NCBI GenBank assembly: GCA_964016885.1
Contig: OZ024743.1
Location: 211,048,001 to 211,112,000, forward strand
Length of the DNA stretch: 64,000 nucleotides
From: Eledone cirrhosa
Lineage: Eukaryota
Direction of reading: 5' to 3'
Part shown: piece after piece, positions 15,001-30,000 of the stretch
Layout: each line of letters begins with the position of its first letter
How positions within the stretch are numbered: the stretch's first letter is position 1
Program-made: the position numbers and the translations under genes
The notes under the pieces: generated by a model
The model's database searches: none
Told to the model about the DNA's origin: nothing
The model's input: the letters and a program-made list of their open reading frames with translations, nothing else

Positions 15001-18000
15001 AATACAGTGACCAGGGTAATTAGCAGTGGAGTCAGGGATTCCAAGAATACAGTGACCAGGGTAATTAGCAGTGGAGTCAGGGATTCCAAAAATACAGTGA
15101 CCAGGGTAATTAGCAGTGGAGTCAGAGATTCCAAGAATACAGTGACCAGGGTAATTAGCAGTGGAGTCAGGGATTCCAAGAATACAGTGACCAGGGTAAT
15201 TAGCAGTGGAGTCAGAGATTCCAAGAATACAGTGACCAGGGTAATTAGCAGTGGAGTCAGGGATACCAAGAATACAGTGACCAGGGTAATTAGCAGTGGA
15301 GTCAGGGATTCCAAGAATACAGTGAGCAGGGTAATTAGCAGTGGAGTCAGGGATTCCAAAAATACAGTGAGCAGGGTAATTAGCAGTGGAGTCAGGGATT
15401 CCAAGAATACAGTGACCAGGGTAATTAGCAGTGGAGACAGAGATTCCAAAAATACAGTGACCAGGGTAATTAGCAGTGGAGTCAGAGATTCCAAAAATAC
15501 AGTGAGCAGGGTAATTAGCAGTGGAGTCAGAGATTCCAAGAATACAGTGAGCAGGGTAATTAGCAGTGAAGTCAGGGATTCCAAGAATACAGTGAGCAGG
15601 GTAACTAGCAGTGGAGACAGGTATTCCAAGAATACAGTGACCAGGGTAATTAGCAGTGGAGTCAGGGATTCCAAGAATACAGTGACCAGGGTAATTAGCA
15701 GTGGAATCAGGGATTCCAAGAATACAGTGACCAGGGTAATTAGCAGTGGAGACAGGAATTCCAAGAATACAGTGAGCAGGGTAATTAGCAGTGGCGTCAG
15801 GGATTCCAAGAATACAGTGACCAGGGTAATTAGCAGTGGAGTCAGAGATTCCAAGAATACAGTGACCAGGGTAATTAGCAGTGGAGTCAGGGATTCCAAG
15901 AATACAGTGACCAGGGTAATTAGCAGTGGAGTCAGGGATTCCAAGAATACAGTGACCAGGGTAATTAGCAGTGGAGTCAGGGATTCCAAGAATACAGTGA
16001 CCAGGGTAATTAGCAGTGGAGTCAGGGATTCCAAAAATACAGTGACCAGGGTAATTAGCAGTGGAGTCAGAGATTCCAAGAATACAGTGACCAGGGTAAT
16101 TAGCAGTGGAGTCAGGGATTCCAAGAATACAGTGACCAGGGTAATTAGCAGTGGAGTCAGGGATTCCAAGAATACAGTGACCAGGGTAATTAGCAGTGGA
16201 GTCAGGGATTCCAAAAATACAGTGACCAGGGTAATTAGCAGTGGAGTCAGAGATTCCAAGAATACAGTGACCAGGGTAATTAGCAGTGGAGTCAGGGATT
16301 CCAAGAATACAGTGACCAGGGTAATTAGCAGTGGAGTCAGAGATTCCAAGAATACAGTGACCAGGGTAATTAGCAGTGGAGTCAGGGATACCAAGAATAC
16401 AGTGACCAGGGTAATTAGCAGTGGAGTCAGGGATTCCAAGAATACAGTGACCAGGGTAATTAGCAGTGGAGTCAGGGATTCCAAAAATACAGTGACCAGG
16501 GTAATTAGCAGTGGAGTCAGGGATTCCAAGAATACAGTGAGCAGGCTAATTAGCAGTGGAGTTAGGGATTCCAAGAATACAGTGAGCAGGGTAATTAGCA
16601 GTGGAGTCAGGGATTCCAAGAATACAGTGACCAGGGTAATTAGCAGTGGAGTCAGGGATTCCAAGAATACAGTGACCAGGGTAATTAGCAGTGGAGTCAG
16701 GGATTCCAAAAATACAGTGACCAGGGTAATTAGCAGTGGAGTCAGGGATTCCAAAAATACAGTGAGCAGGGTAATTAGCAGTGGAGTCAGGGATTCCAAG
16801 AATACAGTGACCAGGGTAATTAGCAGTGGAGTCAGGGATTCCAAGAATACAGTGAGCAGGGTAATTAGCAGTGGAGTCAGGGATTCCAAGAATACAGTGA
16901 CCAGGGTAATTAGCAGTGGAGTCAGGGATTCCAAGAATACAGTGACCAGGGTAATTAGTAGTGGAGTCAGGGATTCCAAGAATACAGTGACCAGGGTAAT
17001 TAGCAGTGGAGTCAGGGATTCCAAGAATACAGTGAGCAGGGTAATTAGCAGTGGAGTCAGGGATTCCAAGAATACAGTGACCAGGGTAATTAGCAGTGGA
17101 GTCAGGGATTCCAAAAATACAGTGACCAGGGTAATTAGCAGTGGAGTCAGGGATTCCAAAAATACAGTGAGCAGGGTAATTAGCAGTGGAGTCAGGGATT
17201 CCAAGAATACAGTGACCAGGGTAATTAGCAGTGGAGTCAGAGATTCCAAAAATACAGTGACCAGGGTAATTAGCAGTGGAGTCAGAGATTCCAAAAATAC
17301 AGTGAGCAGGGTAATTAGCAGTGAAGTCAGGGATTCCAAGAATACAGTGAGCAGGGTAACTAGCAATGGAGACAGGGATTCCAAGAATACAGTGACCAGG
17401 GTAATTAGCAGTGGAGTCAGGGATTCCAAGAATACAGTGACCAGGGTAATTAGCAGTGGAGTCAGGGATTCCAAGAATACAGTGACCAGGGAAATTAGCA
17501 GTGGAGTCAGGGATTCCAAGAATACAGTGACCAGGGTAATTAGCAGTGGAGTCAGGGATTCCAAGAATACAGTGAGCAGGGTAATTAGCAGTGGAGTCAG
17601 GGATTCCAAAAATACAGTGAGCAGGGTAATTAGCAGTGGAGTCAGGGATTCCAAGAATACAGTGACCAGGGTAATTAGCAGTGGAGTCAGGGATTCCAAG
17701 AATACAGTGACCAGGGTAATTAGCAGTGGAGTCAGGGATTCCAAGAATACAGTGAGCAGGGTAATTAGCAGTGGAGTCAGGGATTCCAAGAATACAGTGA
17801 CCAGGGTAATTAGCAGTGGAGTCAGGGATTCCAAGAATACAGTGACCAGGGTAATTAGCAGTGGAGTCAGGGATTCCAAGAATACAGTGAGCAGGGTAAT
17901 TAGCAGTGGAGTCAGGGATTCCAAAAATACAGTGAGCAGGGTAATTAGCAGTGGAGTCAGGGATTCCAAGAATACAGTGACCAGGGTAATTAGCAGTGGA

Positions 18001-21000
18001 GACAGAGATTCCAAAAATACAGTGACCAGGGTAATTAGCAGTGGAGTCAGAGATTCCAAAAATACAGTGAGCAGGGTAATTAGCAGTGGAGTCAGAGATT
18101 CCAAGAATACAGTGAGCAGGGTAATTAGCAGTGAAGTCAGGGATTCCAAGAATACAGTGAGCAGGGTAACTAGCAGTGGAGACAGGTATTCCAAGAATAC
18201 AGTGACCAGGGTAATTAGCAGTGGAGTCAGGGATTCCAAGAATACAGTGACCAGGGTCATTAGCAGTGGAATCAGGGATTCCAAGAATACAGTGACCAGG
18301 GTAATTAGCAGTGGAGACAGGAATTCCAAGAATACAGTGAGCAGGGTAATTAGCAGTGGCGTCAGGGATTCCAAGAATACAGTGACCAGGGTAATTAGCA
18401 GTGGAGTCAGAGATTCCAAGAATACAGTGACCAGGGTAATTAGCAGTGGAGTCAGGGATTCCAAGAATACAGTGACCAGGGTAATTAGCAGTGGAGTCAG
18501 GGATTCCAAGAATACAGTGACCAGGGTAATTAGCAGTGGAGTCAGGGATTCCAAGAATACAGTGACCAGGGTAATTAGCAGTGGAGTCAGGGATTCCAAA
18601 AATACAGTGACCAGGGTAATTAGCAGTGGAGTCAGAGATTCCAAGAATACAGTGACCAGGGTAATTAGCAGTGGAGTCAGGGATTCCAAGAATACAGTGA
18701 CCAGGGTAATTAGCAGTGGAGTCAGGGATTCCAAGAATACAGTGACCAGGGTAATTAGCAGTGGAGTCAGGGATTCCAAAAATACAGTGACCAGGGTAAT
18801 TAGCAGTGGAGTCAGAGATTCCAAGAATACAGTGACCAGGGTAATTAGCAGTGGAGTCAGGGATTCCAAGAATACAGTGACCAGGGTAATTAGCAGTGGA
18901 GTCAGAGATTCCAAGAATACAGTGACCAGGGTAATTAGCAGTGGAGTCAGGGATACCAAGAATACAGTGACCAGGGTAATTAGCAGTGGAGTCAGGGATT
19001 CCAAGAATACAGTGACCAGGGTAATTAGCAGTGGAGTCAGGGATTCCAAAAATACAGTGACCAGGGTAATTAGCAGTGGAGTCAGGGATTCCAAGAATAC
19101 AGTGAGCAGGCTAATTAGCAGTGGAGTTAGGGATTCCAAGAATACAGTGAGCAGGGTAATTAGCAGTGGAGTCAGGGATTCCAAGAATACAGTGACCAGG
19201 GTAATTAGCAGTGGAGTCAGGGATTCCAAGAATACAGTGACCAGGGTAATTAGCAGTGGAGTCAGGGATTCCAAAAATACAGTGACCAGGGTAATTAGCA
19301 GTGGAGTCAGGGATTCCAAAAATACAGTGAGCAGGGTAATTAGCAGTGGAGTCAGGGATTCCAAGAATACAGTGACCAGGGTAATTAGCAGTGGAGTCAG
19401 GGATTCCAAGAATACAGTGAGCAGGGTAATTAGCAGTGGAGTCAGGGATTCCAAGAATACAGTGACCAGGGTAATTAGCAGTGGAGTCAGGGATTCCAAG
19501 AATACAGTGACCAGGGTAATTAGTAGTGGAGTCAGGGATTCCAAGAATACAGTGACCAGGGTAATTAGCAGTGGAGTCAGGGATTCCAAGAATACAGTGA
19601 GCAGGGTAATTAGCAGTGGAGTCAGGGATTCCAAGAATACAGTGACCAGGGTAATTAGCAGTGGAGTCAGGGATTCCAAAAATACAGTGACCAGGGTAAT
19701 TAGCAGTGGAGTCAGGGATTCCAAAAATACAGTGAGCAGGGTAATTAGCAGTGGAGTCAGGGATTCCAAGAATACAGTGACCAGGGTAATTAGCAGTGGA
19801 GTCAGAGATTCCAAGAATACAGTGACCAGGGTAATTAGCAGTGGAGTCAGGGATTCCAAGCATACAGTGACCAGGGTAATTAGCAGTGGAGTCAGGGATT
19901 CCAAGAATACAGTGACCAGGGTAATTAGCAGTGGAGTCAGCGATTCCAAAAATACAGTGAGCAGGGTAATTAGCAGTGGAGTCAGGGATTCCAAGAATAC
20001 AGTGAGCAGGGTAATTAGCAGTGGAGTCAGGGATTCCAAGAATACAGTGACCAGGGTAATTAGCAGTGGAGTCAGGGATTCCAAGAATAAAGTGACCAGG
20101 GTAATTAGCAGTGGAGTCAGGGATTCCAAGAATACAGTGACCAGGGTAATTAGCAGTGGAGTCAGGGATTCCAAGAATACAGTGACCAGGGTAATTAGCA
20201 GTGGAGTTAGGGATTCCAAGAATACAGTGAGCAGGGTAATTAGCAGTGGAGTCAGGGATTCCAAAAATACAGTGAGCAGGGTAATTAGCAGTGGAGTCAG
20301 GGATTCCAAGAATACAGTGACCAGGGTAATTAGCAGTGGAGACAGAGATTCCAAAAATACAGTGAGCAGGGTAATTAGCAGTGGAGTCAGGGATTCCAAG
20401 AATACAGTGACCAGGGTAATTAGCAGTGGAGACAGGGATTCCAAGAATACAGTGACCAGGGTAATTAGCAGTGGAGACAGGGATTCCAAGAATACAGTGA
20501 CCAGGGTAATTAACAGTGGAGACAGAGATTCCAAAAATACAGTGAGCAGGGTAATTAGCAGTGGAGTCAGGGATTCCAAGAATACAATGACCAGGGTAAT
20601 TAGCAGTGGAGTCAGAGATTCCAAAAATACAGTGAGCAGGGTAATTAGCAGTGGAGTCAGAGATTCCAAAAATACAGTGACCAGGGTAATTAGCAGTGGA
20701 GTCAGAGATTCCAAAAATACAGTGAGCAGGGTAATTAGCAGTGGAGTCAGAGATTCCAAGAATACAGTGAGCAGGGTAATTAGCAGTGAAGTCAGGGATT
20801 CCAAGAATACAGTGAGCAGGGTAACTAGCAGTGGAGACAGGGATTCCAAGAATACAGTGACCAGGGTAATTAGCAGTGGAGTCAGGGATTCCAAGAATAC
20901 AGTGACCAGGGTAATTAGCAGTGGAGTCAGGGATTCCAAGAATACAGTGACCAGGGTAATTAGCAGTGGAGTCAGGGATTCCAAGAATACAGTGACCAGG

Positions 21001-24000
21001 GTAATTAGCAGTGGAGTCAGGGATTCCAAGAATACAGTGAGCAGGGTAATTAGCAGTGGAGTCAGGGATTCCAAAAATACAGTGAGCAGGGTAATTAGCA
21101 GTGGAGTCAGGGATTCCAAGAATACAGTGACCAGGGTAATTAGCAGTGGAGTCAGGGATTCCAAGAATACAGTGACCAGGGTAATTAGCAGTGGAGTCAG
21201 GGATTCCAAGAATACAGTGAGCAGGGTAATTAGCAGTGGAGTCAGGGATTCCAAGAATACAGTGACCAGGGTAATTAGCAGTGGAGTCAGGGATTCCAAG
21301 AATACAGTGACCAGGGTAATTAGCAGTGGAGTCAGGGATTCCAAGAATACAGTGAGCAGGGTAATTAGCAGTGGAGTCAGGGATTCCAAAAATACAGTGA
21401 GCAGGGTAATTAGCAGTGGAGTCAGGGATTCCAAGAATACAGTGACCAGGGTAATTAGCAGTGGAGACAGAGATTCCAAAAATACAGTGAGCAGGGTAAT
21501 TAGCAGTGGAGTCAGGGATTCCAAGAATACAGTGACCAGGGTAATTAGCAGTGGAGACAGGGATTCCAAGAATACAGTGACCAGGGTAATTAGCAGTGGA
21601 GACAGGGATTCCAAGAATACAGTGACCAGGGTAATTAGCAGTGGAGACAGAGATTCCAAAAATACAGTGAGCAGGGTAATTAGCAGTGGAGTCAGGGATT
21701 CCAAGAATACAGTGACCAGGGTAATTAGCAGTGGAGTCAGAGATTCCAAAAATACAGTGAGCAGGGTAATTAGCAGTGGAGTCAGAGATTCCAAAAATAC
21801 AGTGACCAGGGTAATTAGCAGTGGAGTCAGAGATTCCAAAAATACAGTGAGCAGGGTAATTAGCAGTGGAGTCAGAGATTCCAAGAATACAGTGAGCAGG
21901 GTAATTAGCAGTGAAGTCAGGGATTCCAAGAATGCAGTGAGCAGGGTAACTAGCAGTGGAGACAGGGATTCCAAGAATACAGTGACCAGGGTAATTAGCA
22001 GTGGAGTCAGGGATTCCAAGAATACAGTGACCAGGGTAATTAGCAGTGGAGTCAGGGATTCCAAGAATACAGTGACCAGGGTAATTAGCAGTGGAGTCAG
22101 GGATTCCAAGAATACAGTGACCAGGGTAATTAGCAGTGGAGACAGGGATTCCAAGAATACAGTGACCAGGGTAATTAGCAGTGGAGACAGGGATTCCAAG
22201 AATACAGTGACCAGGGTAATTAGCAGTGGAGACAGGGATTCCAAGAATACAGTGAGCAGGGTAATTAGCAGTGGAGACAGGGATTCCAAGAATACAGTGA
22301 CCAGGGTAATTAGCAGTGGAGACAGGGATTCCAAGAATACAGTGACCAGGGTAATTAGCAGTGGAGTCAGGGATTCCAAGAATACAGTGAGCAGGGTAAT
22401 TAGCAGTGGAGTCAGGGATTCCAAGAATACAGTGAGCAGGGTAATTAGCAGTGGAGTCAGGGATTCCAAGAATACAGTGACCAGGGTAATTAGCAGTGGA
22501 GTCAGGGATTCCAAGAATACAGTGAGCAGGGTAATTAGCAGTGGAGACAGGGATTCCAAGAATACAGTGACCAGGGTAATTAGCAGTGGAGACAGGGATT
22601 CCAAGAATACAGTGACCAGGGTAACTAGCAGTGGAGTCAGAGATTCCAAAAATACAGGGAGCAGGGTAATTAGCAGTGGAGTCAGGGATTCCAAGAATAC
22701 AGTGACCAGGGTAATTAGCAGTGGAGTCAGGGATTCCAAGAATACAGTGACCAGGGTAATTAGCAGTGGAGTCAGGGATTCCAAGAATACAGTGACCAGG
22801 GTAATTAGCAGTGGAGTCAGGGATTCCAAGAATACAGTGACCAGGGTAATTAGCAGTGGAGTCAGGGATTCCAAGAATACAGTGAGCAGGGTAATTAGCA
22901 GTGGAGTCAGGGATTCCAAAAATACAGTGAGCAGGGTAATTAGCAGTGGAGTCAGGGATTCCAAGAATACAGTGACCAGGGTAATTAGCAGTGGAGTCAG
23001 GGATTCCAAGAATACAGTGACCAGGGTAATTAGCAGTGGAGTCAGGGATTCCAAGAATACAGTGAGCAGGGTAATTAGCAGTGGAGACAGGGATTCCAAG
23101 AATACAGTGACCAGGGTAATTAGCAGTAGAGACAGGGATTCCAAGAATACAGTGACCAGGGTAATTAGCAGTGGAGACAGGGATTCCAAGAATACAGTGA
23201 CCAGGGTAATTAGCAGTGGAGACAGAGATTCCAAAAATACAGTGAGCAGTGTAATTAGCAGTGGAGTCAGGGATTCCAAGAATACAGTGACCAGGGTAAT
23301 TAGCAGTGGAGACAGGGATTCCAAGAATACAGTGACCAGGGTAATTAGCAGTGGAGACAGGGATTCCAAGAATACAGTGACCAGGGTAATTAGCAGTGGA
23401 GACAGAGATTCCAAAAATACAGTGAGCAGGGTAATTAGCAGTGGAGTCAGGGATTCCAAGAATACAGTGACCAGGGTAATTAGCAGTGGAGTCAGAGATT
23501 CCAAAAATACAGTGAGCAGGGTAATTAGCAGTGGAGTCAGAGATTCCAAAAATACAGTGACCAGGGTAATTAGCAGTGGAGTCAGAGATTCCAAAAATAC
23601 AGCGAGCAGGGTAATTAGCAGTGGAGTCAGAGATTCCAAGAATACAGTGAGCAGGGTAATTAGCAGTGGAGTCAGGGATTCCAAGAATACAGTGAGCAGG
23701 GTAACTAGCAGTGGAGACAGGGATTCCAAGAATACAGTGACCAGGGTAATTAGCAGTGGAGTCAGGGATTCCAAGAATACAGTGACCAGGGTAATTAGCA
23801 GTGGAGACAGGGATTCCAAGAATACAGTGACCAGGGTAATTAGCAGTGGAGTCAGGGATTCCAAGAATACAGTGACCAGGGTAATTAGCAGTGGAGTCAG
23901 GGATTCCAAGAATACAGTGACCAGGGTAATTAGCAGTGGAGTCAGGGATTCCAAGAATACAGTGAGCAGGGTAATTAGCAGTGGAGTCAGGGATTCCAAA

Positions 24001-27000
24001 AATACAGTGAGCAGGGTAATTAGCAGTGGAGTCAGGGATTCCAAGAATACAGTGACCAGGGTAATTAGCAGTGGAGACAGAGATTCCAAAAATACAGTGA
24101 GCAGGGTAATTAGCAGTGGAGTCAGGGATTCCAAGAATACAGTGACCAGGGTAATTAGCAGTGGAGACAGGGATTCCAAGAATACAGTGACCAGGGTAAT
24201 TAGCAGTGGAGACAGGGATTCCAAGAATACAGTGACCAGGGTAATTAGCAGTGGAGACAGAGATTCCAAAAATACAGTGAGCAGGGTAATTAGCAGTGGA
24301 GTCAGGGATTCCAAGAATACAGTGACCAGGGTAATTAGCAGTGGAGTCAGAGATTCCAAAAATACAGTGAGCAGGGTAATTAGCAGTGGAGTCAGAGATT
24401 CCAAAAATACAGTGACCAGGGTAATTAGCAGTGCAGTCAGAGATTCCAAAAATACAGTGAGCAGGGTAATTAGCAGTGGAGTCAGAGATTCCAAGAATAC
24501 AGTGAGCAGGGTAATTAGCAGTGAAGTCAGGGATTCCAAGAATACAGTGAGCAGGGTAACTAGCAGTGGAGACAGGGATTCCAAGAATACAGTGACCAGG
24601 GTAATTAGCAGTGGAGTCAGGGATTCCAAGAATACAGTGACCAGGGTAATTAGCAGTGGAGTCAGGGATTCCAAGAATACAGTGACCAGGGTAATTAGCA
24701 GTGGAGTCAGGGATTCCAAGAATACAGTGACCAGGGTAATTAGCAGTGGAGACAGGGATTCCAAGAATACAGTGACCAGGGTAATTAGCAGTGGAGTCAG
24801 GGATTCCAAGAATACAGTGACCAGGGTAATTAGCAGTGGAGTCAGGGATTCCAAGAATACAGTGACCAGGGTAATTAGCAGTGGAGTCAGGGATTCCAAG
24901 AATACAGTGAGCAGGGTAATTAGCAGTGGAGTCAGGGATTCCAAAAATACAGTGAGCCGGGTAATTAGCAGTGGAGTCAGGGATTCCAAGAATACAATGA
25001 CCAGGGTAATTAGCAGTGGAGTCAGGGATTCCAAGAATACAGTGACCAGGGTAATTAGCAGTGGAGTCAGGGATTCCAAGAATACAGTGAGCAGGGTAAT
25101 TAGCAGTGGAGTCAGGGATTCCAAGAATACAGTGACCAGGGTAATTAGCAGTGGAGTCAGGGATTCCAAGAATAAAGTGACCAGGGTAATTAGCAGTGGA
25201 GTCAGGGATTCCAAGAATACAGTGACCAGGGTAATTAGCAGTGGAGTCAGGGATTCCAAGAATACAGTGACCAGGGTAATTAGCAGTGGAGTCAGGGATT
25301 CCAAGAATACAGTGAGCAGGGTAATTAGCAGTGGAGTCAGGGATTCCAAAAATACAGTGAGCAGGGTAATTAGCAGTGGAGTCAGGGATTCCAAGAATAC
25401 AGTGACCAGGGTAATTAGCAGTGGAGACAGAGATTCCAAAAATACAGTGAGCAGGGTAATTAGCAGTGGAGTCAGGGATTCCAAGAATACAGTGACCAGG
25501 GTAATTAGCAGTGGAGACAGGGATTCCAAGAATACAGTGACCAGGGTAATTAGCAGTGGAGACAGGGATTCCAAGAATACAGTGACCAGGGTAATTAGCA
25601 GTGGAGACAGAGATTCCAAAAATACAGTGAGCAGGGTAATTAGCAGTGGAGTCAGGGATTCCAAGAATACAGTGACCAGGGTAATTAGCAGTGGAGTCAG
25701 AGATTCCAAAAATACAGTGAGCAGGGTAATTAGCAGTGGAGTCAGAGATTCCAAAAATACAGTGACCAGGGTAATTAGCAGTGGAGTCAGAGATTCCAAA
25801 AATACAGTGAGCAGGGTAATTAGCAGTGGAGTCAGAGATTCCAAGAATACAGTGAGCAGGGTAATTAGCAGTGAAGTCAGGGATTCCAAGAATACAGTGA
25901 GCAGGGTAACTAGCAGTGGAGACAGGGATTCCAAGAATACAGTGACCAGGGTAATTAGCAGTGGAGTCAGGGATTCCAAGAATACAGTGACCAGGGTAAT
26001 TAGCAGTGGAGTCAGGGATTCCAAGAATACAGTGACCAGGGTAATTAGCAGTGGAGTCAGGGATTCCAAGAATACAGAGACCAGGGTAATTAGCAGTGGA
26101 GACAGGGATTCCAAGAATACAGTGACCAGGGTAATTAGCAGTGGAGACAGGGATTCCAAGAATACAGTGACCAGGGTAATTAGCAGTGGAGACAGGGATT
26201 CCAAGAATACAGTGAGCAGGGTAATTAGCAGTGGAGACAGGGATTCCAAGAATACAGTGACCAGGGTAATTAGCAGTGGAGACAGGGATTCCAAGAATAC
26301 AGTGACCAGGGTAATTAGCAGTGGAGTCAGGGATTCCAAGAATACAGTGAGCAGGGTAATTAGCAGTGGAGTCAGGGATTCCAAGAATACAGTGAGCAGG
26401 GTAATTAGCAGTGGAGTCAGAGATTCCAAGAATACAGTGAGCAGGGTAATTAGCAGTGAAGTCAGGGATTCCAAGAATACAGTGAGCAGGGTAATTAGCA
26501 GTGGAGTCAGGGATTCCAAGAATACAGTGAGCAGGGTAATTAGCAGTGGAGACAGGGATTCCAAGAATACAGTGACCAGGGTAATTAGCAGTGGAGACAG
26601 GGATTCCAAGAATACAGTGACCAGGGTAACTAGCAGTGGAGTCAGAGATTCCAAAAATACAGGGAGCAGGGTAATTAGCAGTGGAGTCAGGGATTCCAAG
26701 AATACAGTGACCAGGGTAATTAGCAGTGGAGTCAGGGATTCCAAGAATACAGTGACCAGGGTAATTAGCAGTGGAGTCAGGGATTCCAAGAATACAGTGA
26801 CCAGGGTAATTAGCAGTGGAGTCAGGGATTCCAAGAATACAGTGACCAGGGTAATTAGCAGTGGAGTCAGGGATTCCAAGAATACAGTGAGCAGGGTAAT
26901 TAGCAGTGGAGTCAGGGATTCCAAAAATACAGTGAGCAGGGTAATTAGCAGTGGAGTCAGGGATTCCAAGAATACAGTGACCAGGGTAATTAGCAGTGGA

Positions 27001-30000
27001 GTCAGGGATTCCAAGAATACAGTGACCAGGGTAATTAGCAGTGGAGTCAGGGATTCCAAGAATACAGTGAGCAGGGTAATTAGCAGTGGAGACAGGGATT
27101 CCAAGAATACAGTGACCAGGGTAATTAGCAGTGGAGACAGGGATTCCAAGAATACAGTGACCAGGGTAATTAGCAGTGGAGACAGGGATTCCAAGAATAC
27201 AGTGACCAGGGTAATTAGCAGTGGAGACAGAGATTCCAAAAATACAGTGAGCAGGGTAATTAGCAGTGGAGTCAGGGATTCCAAGAATACAGTGACCAGG
27301 GTAATTAGCAGTGGAGACAGGGATTCCAAGAATACAGTGACCAGGGTAACTAGCAGTGGAGACAGGGATTCCAAGAATACAGTGACCAGGGTAATTAGCA
27401 GTGGAGACAGAGATTCCAAAAATACAGTGAGCAGGGTAATTAGCAGTGGAGTCAGGGATTCCAAGAATACAGTGACCAGGGTAATTAGCAGTGGAGTCAG
27501 AGATTCCAAAAATACAGTGACCAGGGTAATTAGCAGTGGAGACAGAGATTCCAAAAATACAGTGAGCAGGGTAATTAGCAGTGGAGTCAGAGATTCCAAA
27601 AATACAGTGACCAGGGTAATTAGCAGTGGAGACAGAGATTCCAAAAATACAGTGAGCAGGGTAATTAGCAGTGGAGACAGGGATTCCAAGAAAACAGTGA
27701 CCAGGGTAATTAGCAGTGGAGTCAGGGATTCCAAGAATACAGTGAGCAGGGTAACTAGCAGTGGAGACAGGGATTCCAAGAATACAGTGACCAGGGTAAT
27801 TAGCAGTGGAGTCAGGGATTCCAAGAATACAGTGACCAGGGTAATTAGCAGTGGAGTCAGGGATTCCAAGAATACAGTGACCAGGGTAATTAGCAGTGGA
27901 GTCAGGGATTCCAGAATACAGTGACCAGGGTAATTAGCAGTGGAGACAGGGATTCCAAGAATACAGTGACCAGGGTAATTAGCAGTGGAGACAGGGATTC
28001 CAAGAATACAGTGACCAGGGTAATTAGCAGTGGAGACAGGGATTCCAAGAATACAGTGAGCAGGGTAATTAGCAGTGGAGACAGGGATTCCAAGAATACA
28101 GTGACCAGGGTAATTAGCAGTGGAGACAGGGATTCCAAGAATACAGTGACCAGGGTAATTAGCAGTGGAGTCAGGGATTCCAAGAATACAGTGACCAGGG
28201 TAATTAGCAGTGGAGTCAGGGATTCCAAGAATACAGTGACCAGGGTAATTAGCAGTGGAGTCAGGGATTCCAAGAATACAGTGACCAGGGTAATTAGCAG
28301 TGGAGACAGGGATTCCAAGAATACAGTGACCAGAGTAATTAGCAGTGGAGACAGGGATTCCAAGAATACAGTGACCAGGGTAATTAGCAGTGGAGACAGG
28401 GATTCCAAGAATACAGTGAGCAGGGTAATTAGCAGTGGAGACAGGGATTCCAAGAATACAGTGACCAGGGTTATTAGCAGTGGAGACAGGGATTCCAAGA
28501 ATACAGTGACCAGGGTAATTAGCAGTGGAGTCAGGGATTCCAAGAATACAGTGACCAGGGTAATTAGCAGTGGAGTCAGGGATTCCAAGAATACAGTGAC
28601 CAGGGTAATTAGCAGTGGAGACAGGGATTCCAAGAATACAGTGACCAGGGTAATTAGCAGTGGAGTCAGGGATTCCAAGAATACAGTGAGCAGGGTAATT
28701 AGCAGTGGAGACAGGGATTCCAAGAATACAGTGACCAGGGTAATTAGCAGTGGAGACAGGGATTCCAAGAATACAGTGACCAGGGTAACTAGCAGTGGAG
28801 TCAGAGATTCCAAAAATACAGGGAGCAGGGTAATTAGCAGTGGAGTCAGGGATTCCAAGAATACAGTGAGCAGGGTAATTAGCAGTGGAGACAGGGATTC
28901 CAAGAATACAGTGACCAGGGTAATTAGCAGTGGAGACAGGGATTCCAAGAATACAGTGACCAGGGTAATTAGCAGTGGAGACAGGGATTCCAAGAATACA
29001 GTGACCAGGGTAATTAGCAGTGGAGACAGGGATTCCAAGAATACAGTGACCAGGGTAATTAGCAGTGGAGACAGAGATTCCAAAAATACAGTGAGCAGGG
29101 TAATTAGCAGTGGAGTCAGGGATTCCAAGAATACAGTGACCAGGGTAATTAGCAGTGGAGTCAGAGATTCCAAAAATACAGTGAGCAGGGTAATTAGCAG
29201 TGGAGTCAGAGATTCCAAAAATACAGTGACCAGGGTAATTAGCAGTGGAGTCAGAGATTCCAAAAATACAGTGAGCAGGGTAATTAGCAGTGGAGTCAGA
29301 GATTCCAAGAATACAGTGAGCAGGGTAATTAGCAGTGGTGTCAGGGATTCCAAGAATACAGTGAGCAGGGTAATTAGCAGTGGAGACAGGGATTCCAAGA
29401 ATACAGTGACCAGGGTAACTAGCAGTGGAGACAGGGATTCCAAGAATACAGTGACCAGGGTAATTAGCAGTGGAGTCAGGGATTCCAAGAATACAGTGAC
29501 CAGGGTAATTAGCAGTGGAGTCAGGGATTCCAAGAATACAGTGACCAGGGTAATTAGCAGTGGAGTCAGGGATTCCAAGAATACAGTGACCAGGGTAATT
29601 AGCAGTGGAGACAGGGATTCCAAGAATACAGTGACCAGGGTAATTAGCAGTGGAGACAGGGATTCCAAGAATACAGTGACCAGGGTAATTAGCAGTGGAG
29701 ACAGGGATTCCAAGAATACAGTGAGCAGGGTAATTAGCAGTGGAGACAGGGATTCCAAGAATACAGTGACCAGGGTAATTAGCAGTGGAGACAGGGATTC
29801 CAAGAATACAGTGACCAGGGTAATTAGCAGTGGAGTCAGGGATTCCAAGAATACAGTGACCAGGGTAACTAGCAGTGGAGTCAGAGATTCCAAAAATACA
29901 GTGAGCAGGGTAATTAGCAGTGGAGTCAGGGTTTCCAAGAATACAGTGACCAGGGTAACTAGCAGTGGAGTCAGAGATTCCAAAAATACAGTGAGCAGGG

